Shown here: in pieces, positions 33,270-45,000 of the stretch
Layout of the letters: each line of letters begins with the position of its first letter
Numbering within the stretch: the first letter of the stretch is position 1
Source: Hypanus sabinus
Lineage: Eukaryota
DNA: 64,000 bases
NCBI RefSeq assembly: GCF_030144855.1
Contig: NC_082739.1
Span: 14,012,001 to 14,076,000, forward strand
Reading direction: 5' to 3'
The notes under the pieces: model-generated
Seen by the model: only the letters and a program-made list of their open reading frames with translations
What the model was told of the DNA's origin: nothing
Databases searched by the model: none
Position numbers and translations under genes: made by a program

Positions 33270-34260
33270 GGGAAGGCGATAGAGAACTTAGTGACATGGT
33301 GCAATGATGATGACCTTTCCCCTAATCTCAGCAAAACAAAAGAGCTGGTCATTCACGTGTTTCTGTCTACATCAACAGTATCGAGGGCTTCAACTTCCTA
33401 GGACTAAATATTGTCTGGCCTGGTCCATCCATATTGATGTCAAGACCAAGAAAGATCAGCAATGCTCCTACTTCCTCAGGGAGCTTAAGAAATTTTGCAA
33501 ATCCCTGTCAACCTTTACCCTTTATATCCATGCATTATAAAAAGCATTCTGTCTGGATGCCAGCAACAGACACAAAATGCTGGAGGAACTCAGCAGGCCA
33601 GGCAGCATCTATGGAAACGGTCTCGGCCCGAAACATCGACTGTATTTTTTTTTACATAGACGCCACCTGACCTGCTGAGTTCCTCCAGCATCTTGTGTGT
33701 GGTGCTCTGGATTTCCAGCATCTGCAGATTTTCTCTTGTTTGCCGTCTGGAAGCATCACAGCCTTGAATGACAGCTGCTTTGCACATGACTGCAAGAAAC
33801 TGTGGAGAGTTGTGGATCCAGCTCAGCACATCACAGGAGGCAGCCCCTCCTCCCTGGACTCTGCCTACACTCCTTGCTGCTTCAGCAAAGCAGCCAGCAT
33901 ATCAAAGTCCTCACTGACCCCATATAGTCTCTCTTCTCTCCTCTCCCATTTGGGAGAAGATACAAAAGCCTGAAAGCATGTATCACAAAGTTAAAGTAGT
34001 TTCTATCCACTGTTATCAGACTCTTGAACAGACCTCTTGTTCAATAAGATGGGCTCTTGTTCTCAAAATCTACCTCATTATGATCTCACACTTTATCACT
34101 TACTCCAATCTTTCAGTAGCTTTTACACTTCATTCTGCATTGTTACTGTTTTACCTTGTTCCAGCTCAATGCACTGTGTAATGATTTGATCTGCCTGAAC
34201 AGTATGCAAGACAAGCTTTTCACTATGTCTTGGTACCTGTGACAAAAATAAACCAATTCC
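33270..34260 (+). mobile_element. Rex-Babar-type LINE fragment interrupted by a Penelope-like mini element
   Basis: ENLVTWCNDDDLSPNLSKTKELV remnant; the sequence resumes after 33745. Confidence 0.7.
33561..33744. mobile_element. Fold-back mini Penelope-like insertion with ~10-bp target-site duplication
   Basis: Inverted arms around a partial hammerhead; flanked by GTCTGGATGC (33551-33560) and GTCTGGAAGC (33745-33754), interrupting a Rex-Babar fragment. Confidence 0.7.
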
Positions 34261-34349
34261 AATATCATTACCTCTTGTGGTTCCAGTAGAGTGTCTGGGG
34301 TGAGCTGTCCAGGGTATCATCAAATGATTCCTGTAGAAAGCAGAACGGG

Positions 34350-35420
34350 CAGTGGAGACGCACAACACACTGGATGAACTCAGCAGGTCGGGCAGCATCC
34401 GTGGAAATGAACAGTCAATGTTTCGGGCCAAGACCCTTCGTCGAAATGTTGACTGCTCGTTTCCACAGATGCTGCCCGACCTGCTGAGTTTCTCCAGAAT
34501 GTTGTGCGTGTTGCTTTGACTCTAGCATCTGCAGAGTATTTTGTGTTCTGGCAGTGGCGAGGAAGGTGATTAGTGGCAGGATTATATTGCAACTGGCAGA
34601 GGTTTTGAAGGATGAAATGCTGGATGCATAGACTGATGGGATGGTAGTTGAGGACCAGGGGTTCTCTGCCAGGGGGTGGGGGGGATTAGATAAGGTCAGA
34701 AATGCAGGAAACAGAAGGGAAATGGGAAAGGGCATCACTAGCGGAGTGTGTGTGGGGAGAGGGATGAGGCATTTTCTGTAAAAGGAGGACATCTCAGATG
34801 TCCTGGAGTGGACGGCTAGATGTCAGTGGATATTCTGTCTTCTGAAATAGAGACAGGGAGATCAAGAAAGGGGAAAGAGATGTCAGAGATGGACTTAGTG
34901 CATCTGGGGTCAGGGGTAGAAGCTGGTGGAGGAGTTGATAAAATTGATAAGTTCTGCACTTGGGCCCCCTCTGCCTCTTTTGTCACCCTTCCTGAGCTAC
35001 CTCATCCCCATCACCTTGCCTCATTCCCCTCCTCCACCCTCTCCATCTTCCCATCACTACTCACCCCCTCACTGGTTCCCCTTCCCCACCATTCCCCTCT
35101 GATCTCCCCACTCCCCCCTTCATTTTCCTCTCCTCCCTGATTCCAGCGTTTGCATCCCTTTGTCCCTTCCAACAGCGATTCCCAATCTCTCCTCCCCCCG
35201 TGTGCCTATCACCAGGCCCACCTCACTTGGATCCACCATCACCTGCAGCTCGTTTTCCCTATATACTGTCTATCTCCCCTTTTTCTAGTCCAGATAAAGG
35301 ATCTCGACCCAAAAGGTCGACTATTCCCCTCCACAGATGCTGCCCGACCCGCTGAGCTCCTTTGGCGTTCTATGTGTCGCTCCCGAGTCCCGATTCTGAA
35401 GCCACTTGTGCCTCCGGTGT
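34350..35420. mobile_element. Cluster of Penelope-like remnants, including a fold-back copy at ~34360-34515
   Basis: Inverted pLTR termini, degenerate ORF remnant (minus) and a plus-strand pyrimidine-rich tail with a decayed hammerhead segment (~35285-35322). Confidence 0.6.
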
Positions 35421-35849
35421 TAAATTTTGCCGATCCTTTGGGGGAGTGACTGCTCTGCAACACTATTTTTGGAACGGAACTCTGAATTGACGCGAATGCC
35501 ACACCCTAAAAATATTTCTGCTTCCCCAAAAAATACCTGTTGCATCCCAGTTTCGTGCTGTTTCTGAGAACTTGCTTTGCTTAAATAATCTGCCGCATTT
35601 TCTACTCTAACAAGGGTGTCTGCACTCCAACACCTTAGACAATGTGAAGTACTTACAACTTCTCCAAGGGCGTTCCCACTCAGTAAACTGAAGTGCAGAG
35701 TTTTAAAACATTGTTTGATTCACACCTTCTAGACATGTAAATATATTTTACACTGTGTAAAACATTTCAACAAAACACTAAACGTGGGCGCCCTGGCACG
35801 TCCGCAAACTTTGATTGAGTAAAGACTTTTTGGGCATTGATTTCGCGAG

Positions 35850-35997
35850 AGGCTCCGCCTCACAATTCCATGTTTGAACTTGTGATCCACCAGTTGTTCG
35901 CCTGCCTGGAGCTTCCCAATCCCGACGACTCCGCCTATATATAAACACAGAGAATAATAATTTTTTAAAAAAGCAGCGAAAGTGGATCTGCGGCTCG
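35850..35997 (+). promoter_or_regulatory. MPZL2 core promoter in a CpG-enriched region
   Basis: GC-box-like CTCCGCCT (~35853 and 35929), CCAAT 35916-35920, TATATAAA 35938-35945. CpG density is visibly raised from ~35780 to 36720. Confidence 0.7.
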
Positions 35998-36049
35998 ATG
36001 TGGCCCCATACCTTGTCGCGGGGTCTGCTGGCGGCGGTGATACTCGCAG
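35998..36049 (+). CDS. MPZL2: MPZL2 exon 1 coding part (MWPHTLSRGLLAAVILA-G)
   Basis: ATG ~50 nt after a TATA box; hydrophobic leader; donor CAG|GTGAGT; phase 1 matches exon 2. Confidence 0.85.
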
Positions 36050-39000
36050 GTGAGTGTAAGGGGTTTAATACAGGGACACGGGCAGGTTTCCATTTCGGAT
36101 TGGAACACGATTACTGGGCAAAGCCCCTCCGAAACCTTGTCAGTTTCAGGGGGCTCCCAGTCGGTCGATGACAGCGAAAGATATGTCATTGGAACTTCTT
36201 TTGTGAGGTTGTGGGGTAGATTTCGTAGGGCGTGGGGGAATTATTCTGAACATCTGGATTCTCTCGCGTCGTCTTCCTACACGTTTGGAAGTATTAAAAG
36301 TAGAGGGTTCCCTTAAACTCTGTTCCAAATATAAACTTCGAATGGAACTGTCTTTGAATATCGAGTTGAATGTTGGACATAGCGATCTCACAACGTCCGC
36401 CCAGTGAACCTGTCTGGAGGGCGAAGTCAGCTCTGGTTGATTACTACAGGTTGGAGCCGGCGGAAGCAGCAGGGTGGTCGGCCATGATGTGAGTTCACGG
36501 CAGAACAGGTTCTGAGCTGAATGGCCTTGTCAAACTCTCCTGTGCTTGGCTTCAGGTAAATTACGTCTGTATGTGTGAAATTCGGGGCAGAAGATGGGAT
36601 AGCTTGAAAGCGCGTACCACCAGTAACAAGAATACCCCGGTGTTACGAGATTCTGGAACGAACTCTCTTACGCCAAAGATTCTAGATCGCTCAATCGATT
36701 TCGTTGTAACCCGCGTATTTTATTGTTTACCTGCGTTGCTCTTTATCTGGATATTCTATATATTTCTATTTTATTACCTTGATGTATTTATGTATGGTTT
36801 TACAAACAAAATCCATAAGACATAGGAACGGAGTTAAAGCATCGAGTCATCCCTGACAGTCAGTCAAGGCTGATTTATTTCCTCTCATCCCCACTCTCCT
36901 GCCTTGTCTCAGTAACCTTCGCCACTCAAGAACCTATAAACCTCTGCTTTAAATATATTTTGGTATATTAGATACAGTACTCTGTGAAAGTCATAGATAG
37001 ATAGGGAGAGAGGGAGCGCGAGCGCGCTAGGGGGCCTAAGACTTTTTTTGGCACAGAACTGTAGTAATTTTATGTATTGTACTGTACTGCTGTTCCAAAA
37101 AAAAGCAAATTTTATGACATATCTGAGTAATGATAAACCTGATTTTGATATGGGTCTCTGTTGTGGACTGAGAGTGGGAAGGAGGTAGGGAGAGGGGAAT
37201 TGTGGTTGGGAAAAGGGAGAGGGGGAGGGAAGCACCAGAGAGACATTTTGTAATGATCAATAAACCAATTGTTTGGAATCAAATGATCTTGCCTCGTGCC
37301 TCAGGGCTGGTTGTGTCTGCATCCACACTATCCCCCGCCCCACCCCTGGCACTCCTTCTCTGCCACCTGTCCCACACCCCCTCCTGGTGCTCTACCCTCG
37401 CCATTCCCAATATCCTTTGCTCCCACCGGATTTACAAGCCTGCTCTCTGCTCCATGTTGACAAAATTCTTGGGTACCCTAGCTCTATAAATGTGTCTAAG
37501 ACATTTGCACAGTACTGTATATTAGAAATGTTTTTACTATGATGACTTTAGTCATGAACTGGTTGGGTTATTGTGTCAGGTCATTGATGTGCACAGGGTT
37601 GAAGGACAGTGTCACCGTGCTGATAGCACACGTGTTTGAACCTTGCTGTGTGGGACCGAGTTGTACACGGCCAAGTGAGTGGAAATGCTGTGAGCTGCCC
37701 TGTGATGAATGGGAACACTGGCTGAAGGGCAAAGCCATGGCTCTGGCTGGAAATGAAACTGAGGTTGTGATCCCAGCCTGTGCTACCATTGAAAAGCCAG
37801 AAAATGCTGGAAAGGCTTTGGGTACTGGTGGATTTCAGACCTGAAACATTGACTCTGCTCTTTCTGCCACTGGTGCTGCCTGTGATCTGTTGAATGTTTC
37901 TAGTATTTCCTGTTTTCATTTTGGGCTTTCTACACCTGTATGTTTTGAGGTCTTTGGTTGACAGAACGTTCTTGCTTAGGGAGAGGTTGGATAGATTCCA
38001 GATAAAGCTGGGGCACGATGTGATTCCAGCAGTAGAACTGTCCAAGAGCAGATTGGCCAGGCTCAAGGAGATACATGGGCTGGTCCTGTCCCTGTTTGAG
38101 TACTTCTGAAAGACCTATTTATAAAGTGCTTTGACCATAAGACACAAGAGTGGAATTAGGCCCTTCAGCCCATCATCTGTTCTGTCATTCCATCATGGCT
38201 GATTTATTTTCCCTCTCAATCCATTCTCCTGCCTTCTCCCCATAACCTTTGACTCCCTGACCAATCAAGAACCTACCAACCTCTGCTTTAAGTATACCCA
38301 ATGATTTGGCTCCCACAGCCATCTGTGGCAATGAGTTCCACAGCCTCTGGCTAAAGAAATTCATCCTCATCTTTGTTCTAAAGGGACACTCTTCTGTTCT
38401 GAGGCTGTACCCTCTGGTACTGGACTCCCCCACTAAAGGAAGCATCCTCTCCACATCCACTTTATCTAGGCCTTTCAATATTCAGTAAATTCCACCACTC
38501 CCCACATCATTATTCTGAACTCCATTAAGTACAGGCCCAGGGCCACCATTTTGATGTGATCAAGATGCTAAAAAATGTTGAACAAGTACACTTCTCACTT
38601 TTCTTTTTACACAGTGCCCGGGAGATCTTCTCACTATCTCCTGCTGAACAATTCCAATACATGGAAATATTTCCCACTCGTACAAACATTCAACATTTGT
38701 TAAACCTCCATATGGTCAGGGTCATTCTTGAGCTCAGGGATCAAGTTTTGGTTGCTGAAATTTATCTCACTTTAGGCCATATATCCATCCACCTCGGCTT
38801 TTATTGAACCTACCTCTGCAGCTTTCGGTGGCAGGCGAGGCAAGAGGTAAAGAAATCCAGTCCCAAGCAGATGGTCCCTTGTGCTGAGAGATTAAAGCTT
38901 CCCACCTCTACCCTAAAAGGAGAAAACAAACCTACAGCATTTGCTCTTTCAGTTCCCCCTTTGAAATTTGTATGTTTTAAGATGTCACTAATTTTTTACA

Positions 39001-42000
39001 AGGTTGGGCTAATTCATAGGACAACTCAGTCTTTCCAGGAATGAATCTAGTTTGAATTCTTCTTTCCTCCTCATAAATTTCCCTGTGCAGTTTAGCAAGG
39101 CTTCAGGACTGCATTTCATTTGCACTGAAGTCCAATACTCTATTGACCTATTAAGTTGTTTTATACAAAAATTATACTTTCTTTTCTTCCGAACAAATGG
39201 ATAAATTCAAGCTTTGATGTATTACAAACACTTACATCTTATTTTCAAATATTAAGAGATTCTGCAGATGCTGGATATCTTGAGCACTGTGGAAGAAAGG
39301 GAAGGAGGAGGGGCACGGAGGGTTTCCTTACCCCCCTCTCTTTTCCATTCCCCATTCTGGTCCCCCTTTCGCCCTTTCTCTTCTCCTCACTGCTCCTCAC
39401 CTCCCTTTGGTGCCCTCCTCTTTCCCTTTTTTTCCATGGTCCACTGTCCTCGCCTATTAGATTCCACCTACTTCGGCCCTTTACTTCCTCCATCTATCGC
39501 CTCCCAGCTTCTTGCTTCACCTCCCCACCTCCCCCACACATCCACCTTCCCCCTCACCTGGTCTTATCCATCACCTGCCAGCTTGTACTCCTTCCCATCC
39601 CCCCCACCACCTTATTCTGTCTTCTTCCCCCTTCCTTTCCAGTCCCAATGAACCTGAAACTTTGACTGTTTATTCCCCTCCATAGATTCTGTCTGACTTT
39701 CTGAGCTCCTCCTGCATTTTGTATGTTTACAGTTAATTTTCCCCACTCTGAGCCCCTCCCCTTATAAAGGCATATTGTTGTCCTGTTGGAAACCTGAGTT
39801 GTCCTTTTCATTTAGTTCCCATGTAGAGGTGTAACTAGTTCCTGATGCTTCCTTCCAGTTACAGCTTGTCTACTTGTGACTTGCTTCTTCATGCTCACTT
39901 GATATCTAGAATGATGTGGTAGTAGGAGGTTTGGCAAGCTCTGAGAGGCAGCAATGTGATGAGGGCTGGATAATCTGTTATTAGTGATGTTGGTTGAGAG
40001 ATAAATATTGGCCAGAAGGCCAGAGAGATTATCTCATGTTTTCCTCGAAATGGTGGCATGAAATTCTTTGCAGCCACCTCTGAGAAGGAAGACTTCAATT
40101 TCATGTGCTATCTAATGGGTCGCTGTTTGGTGGAGTATTCCTTCAGTGTCCCATTGAAGAGCTCAACCCACTTTTATTTATGTTGATATACAGTGTGGAA
40201 CAGGCCCTCCAAGCCCCCCCCCCACCCCCCAGCAATCCCCCTATTTAATCCTAGCCTAATCACGGGCCAACTTACAATGGCTAGCCTACCAACCCTTGTG
40301 TCTTTGGACTGTGGGAGGGAACCGGAGCACCCGGAGGAAACCCACGCGGTCATGGGGAGAGCGTACCAACTCCTTACAGGCAGCTGCGGGAATTGAACCC
40401 GGGTCACTGGTACTGTAAAGCATTGTACTAACCACTATGCTACTGTGCTGCCCACTTTGAGTGTGATTTGAGCACTTGACCTCTGAGAATGTTAGCAACT
40501 GAGGTAAGGTAATACTCTCCAAAATGGGATTTGGGGAGGGAATCCGGAATTGGATCAAACTGCTCTACACAGACATCAGTAGCGCAGTCCAAGTCAACGG
40601 GTGGGAAACAGACAGCTTCCCCATCAGGTCTGGAGTCAGGCAGGGCTGCCCTCTCTCCCCTGTCTTGTTCGTGTGCTGCATAGAACCCTTTGCCGAAGCC
40701 ATCAGGAGGGATGGGGGCATAAGAGGGGTGACGCTGTCAGGCAGCAGAGGGACCCAAGTCAAAACCTCCCTGTGCATGGACGACGCCACCGTCTTCTGCT
40801 CTGATCCGAGGTCAGTTCGCAGGCTGATCTGCATCTGCGAACAGTTTGAGCAGGCGTCAGGGGCCAGGGTCAACCGCACGAAGAGCGAAGCCATGCTCTT
40901 TGGCAACTGGCCCGACCGATCCAGCGTCCCCTTCACCATCAGGGCTGATCACCTGAAGGTGTTGGGAATCTGGTTCGGAGGGGCCGAGGCGTGCAACAAG
41001 AACTGGCAGGAACGGACTGCCAAGGTGAAACAGAAACTGGGACTGTGGGGAGGGCGCTCCCTATCGATAGCGGGCAAGAACCTGGTCATCAGGTGTGAGG
41101 TGCTCTCAGGGCTGCTGTACTTGGTCCAGGTGTGGCCAGTCCCCTGCTCCTTCAGCTCGGAAATCACCCGAGCCGTCTTCAGATTCGTCTAGGGATCCAA
41201 GATGGAGCGGGTCAGATGGACCACTATGCACAAGTCCCTGGACAATAGGGGCAAAAACATCCCCAATGTCGCCCTCATCCTGATGGCCAGCTTCGTGTGT
41301 AGCTGCATCAGGTTGTGTGTGGATCCCAGGTACGTGGGCACCAAGTACCACTACGTGCCCAGGTTTTACCTGTCACCCTGGCTACGAAGGATGGGTCTGG
41401 CCCCTTTCCCGCGCAACACCTGTCAGCTGGTCGTTGCCGCCATACCTGTCCTTCGTAGAGAAGTTCTTTCATGTCAACGCCTTTGACCACAGGGCCATCA
41501 GGCAGTGGTCAGCACGTAAGGTCCTGCAGGCACTGCAGGAGAAGGACAAGATGGACACAGTGGGGTGGTTCCCTGAGCAGACCGTCCAGTTCATCTGGCA
41601 AAATGCCTCATCGCCAGACCTCACCAACAGGTACCAAGACCTCGCCTGGCTGGCGGTGAGAGGGGCCCTCCCAGTCCGATCCCTCCTGCACGTCCGGAAC
41701 GTCGTCCCCACACCCCTCTGCCCGTGGGAGGACTGCTGAGAGGAGGAGTCGGTGACCCACCTCTTTGCACACTGGGGGTTCGTGGAGAAGATGTGGAGGA
41801 GGATGGAAGGGACAGTGTCGAGGTTCATCCCCAGCAGCTGCGTAACAGAGGACTCTCTGATCTACGGGCTGTTCCCGGGGACGCACACAGAGACCAACAT
41901 CTGGTGCTGCTGGCAGGTCATCAACTCGGTCAAAGACGCTGTTTGGTTGGCCCGAAACTTGGTCTACCAGCACACGGAGATGTCCGTGGGAGAATGCTGC

Positions 42001-45000
42001 AGACTGGCACATTCTCGGCTGCAGGAGTACGTGCTGAGGCACGCACTCAAACTCGGTGCAGCCACCGCAAAGGCCCGGTGGGGAAGGACCACAGTCTAGG
42101 GATCTTCTCCTGCGGGAGTTGAGGGGTGGGGGGGACAGGGTGTATACCCCTGAACAAGTGTATGTAAATATGGAATAACAGAGTGCCACCTGACTGGCAA
42201 AGTGTGGGAATGTAAAGATCGTAATGGAAAGGATTGAGAATCATTGTAAAGGATTTGTGAAGGATTGAGAGCCATTGAATGGTTTAATGTACATAATTTT
42301 ATTTTTGAATAAAGTATATTTTGTTTTTTAAAAAAAAATTCTGTCCATTTAATCCACTTGAATATAAATGGGAAATACATCCATAGTGGTTGGGTTTCAA
42401 ATTTGGAGAAAACGTTGACCCTCCTGCTTTTTATAAGCTGTATATTATATAAAGGCATTTGGATTAATCATTGAATCCACAAAGAGCCTTGTGAGTGTGC
42501 AAGCTTTGAAGTTAATTGCTAACTGTGCTGTTACTCTGGACTGGCCTTTAGGATTTTGCTTAGTTTTGTAAACGCTGCAGATATGTTTTGATAGTGGGGG
42601 AAAAGTTGAAGTTGAAAAAAATTAGTTGAAGTAAATGAACTCTGAAACAAAGCATAAAGCTAATGACAAATACAAATAATTTACTGCAATAGCACATTGT
42701 GTCAGGAGTAGCATGTGGGGGGTGCCATATCTTGCCTTATCAGCATATTATGTAATTATTTCTCCCTTGTGCTTGTTTACTGCCTCTTAAATTGAACCTA
42801 TGCTATTTAGTTCAACTGCTCCTTGTGTCAGTGAGTTCCAGTTACCGGACTGAGAGTGTCAGAAGGGTGGCTATTAATGGAAGTGGTCCAGTTGGTTGGT
42901 TGTAATTTTAGTCAATGAGAACAGTGCTGTTAAGGGTGGGGTGCAGGAGAGATACTGCAGGAGTATTACATACAAAGTGGGGAGTTTAATCACATGACAT
43001 TATAATAACTCTCTGATCAAATCAGTCAGGTGATCGGTGAATGTGATCCTCAATTTTCTGACCAGTAAGGATAGGCAGCAACACCAGTGCCATGATTAGT
43101 CTCAACAGTGGTGGACCACAAGCCCCCTATTCCACACCCTGTACACTAACAGTGTGACCAGATGCTGCTCCACCTCCACCTCCAGGTTTGTAGTGGGCTG
43201 CATCACAGATAATGATGAGTCAGAGTACAGGAAGGAGCTAGAAAGCTTATTGAGCTGATGTTGTCACCAATTACCTGGAACCTGACAACTCTCACTCATT
43301 CCTCAATCGTGTTTCATTTACATGTGCGCAAGGAGAACAGTATGGCCCCTGTTGCCACTCGGTTCTGATGTTTGAACAAAGAAATGATATTTTGTACAAA
43401 AATTGACCAGATGGATACAGATATCGATCCAATGGAAACATCAGGTACTTTTGAATCCCATACTTGGCATGCTTAAGTACCAATCCTAATAATTATGTTA
43501 GGTACTAATATGCAATTAAATCTATGTGTTAAGGTTCAATAATACCTGAGAGTTAGTAAAATAATGGTCCAATAATTAGTGTTGCCCTCAAATCCTTTAT
43601 TTACATCTTTATCCAGTCTTGGTACACTTAGTGACCTTGGTTCCAAGACTTGAGCATAAAAACTGTACAAAGGAGAGTTGAGCCTGAGTGACTGTACACA
43701 GCCCCTCTCAGCTTATCATTTTGATTCGTGCTTTACTGAACTTCCGCACTCACAAAAGGCTGTGCAAAGTGCCTGCACTCTGTTCTGCCAGCTTACAATT
43801 TTAACCCTTGCCTTGCTGCAACTTTCAGTGTTATTGCAAAAACCTTCCCGTCAGTGTCAGTAAAACAAAAGAGCTGGCCATTGACTTCAGGAAGGGGGTG
43901 GTGCACATGCTGCTGGAGCTCAGAGCGTCCTGATCCAACCATGTAGATGTGGCCAGGAAAGCTCCCCAAAGCCTCTATTTCCTCTTAAGAAATTTGGCAT
44001 ATCGCTGTCAACCCTTGCCATTTTTTGTCAATTTTTGTGCAGCCTGACCAGTGTCTAATAAAGCCTCAATGTTATCTCCTTGCTTTTATATTCTATTCCC
44101 CTTGAAATAAATACCAACATTGCATTTGCCTTTTTTTTAATCACAGACTCAACCTGTGAATTAACCTTCTGGGAGTCTTGCAGGAGGACGCCTAGGTCCT
44201 GCTGCACCTGTGATGTTTAGTTTTCTCCCCACTTAGATAATAGTCTGCACTCTTGTTTCTTTTACTAAAATGTGTTGTCATACATTTGCCAACACTGTAT
44301 TCCATCTTCCTCTTTTTGCCCTTTCTTCTAACTTGTCCAAGTCCTGCTGCGAACACATTACAGTACTTCCTCAGCACCACCTACCCCTCCATCTATTTCC
44401 GTACCATCTGTAAACTTTGCCTCAAAGCCACCAATTCCATTATCCAAATCGTTGACAATGTGAAAAGTAGCGGACCCAATACTGACCCTTTGGGAACACC
44501 AGTAGTCACTGGCAGCCAACTAGAAAAGGCCCCCTTTATTCCCATTTGCCTCCTGCCTGTCAGCCATTCCTCTATACATGCCAATATCTTTCCTGTAACA
44601 CCGTAGGATTTTATCTTGTAAGCAGCCTTGTGTACAGTACCTTATCAAATGCCTTCTGAAAATCTATGTAAATGACATCCACTGCCTCTCCTTTGTTCAC
44701 CCTGCTTGTTATTTCTTCGAAGAATTCTCGCAGATTTGTCAGGCAGGATTTCCCTTTGCAGAGCCTGATGGTTGAGGGGTAGTAACTATTCTTGAACTTG
44801 GTGGTGACCCTTGGGCTATGCAAAGGTATCCACTGAAGGAGGGACAATCGTGCTGTTCTGTTGGGGAAGGAAGACATAGGAGGATTTGACAATCCTGGGG
44901 AAAATGAGACAGTTCAAAACAGGAAACTGGAAGCTTTTGAAGGGCATCAGTAATGCACAGATGTAGGCTTCAAAGGTACATTTTAATGTCAGAGAAATGT

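Noticed and set aside
40400-40452. tRNA gene
   Set aside because: The A/B boxes lead directly into a V-SINE body; no cloverleaf.
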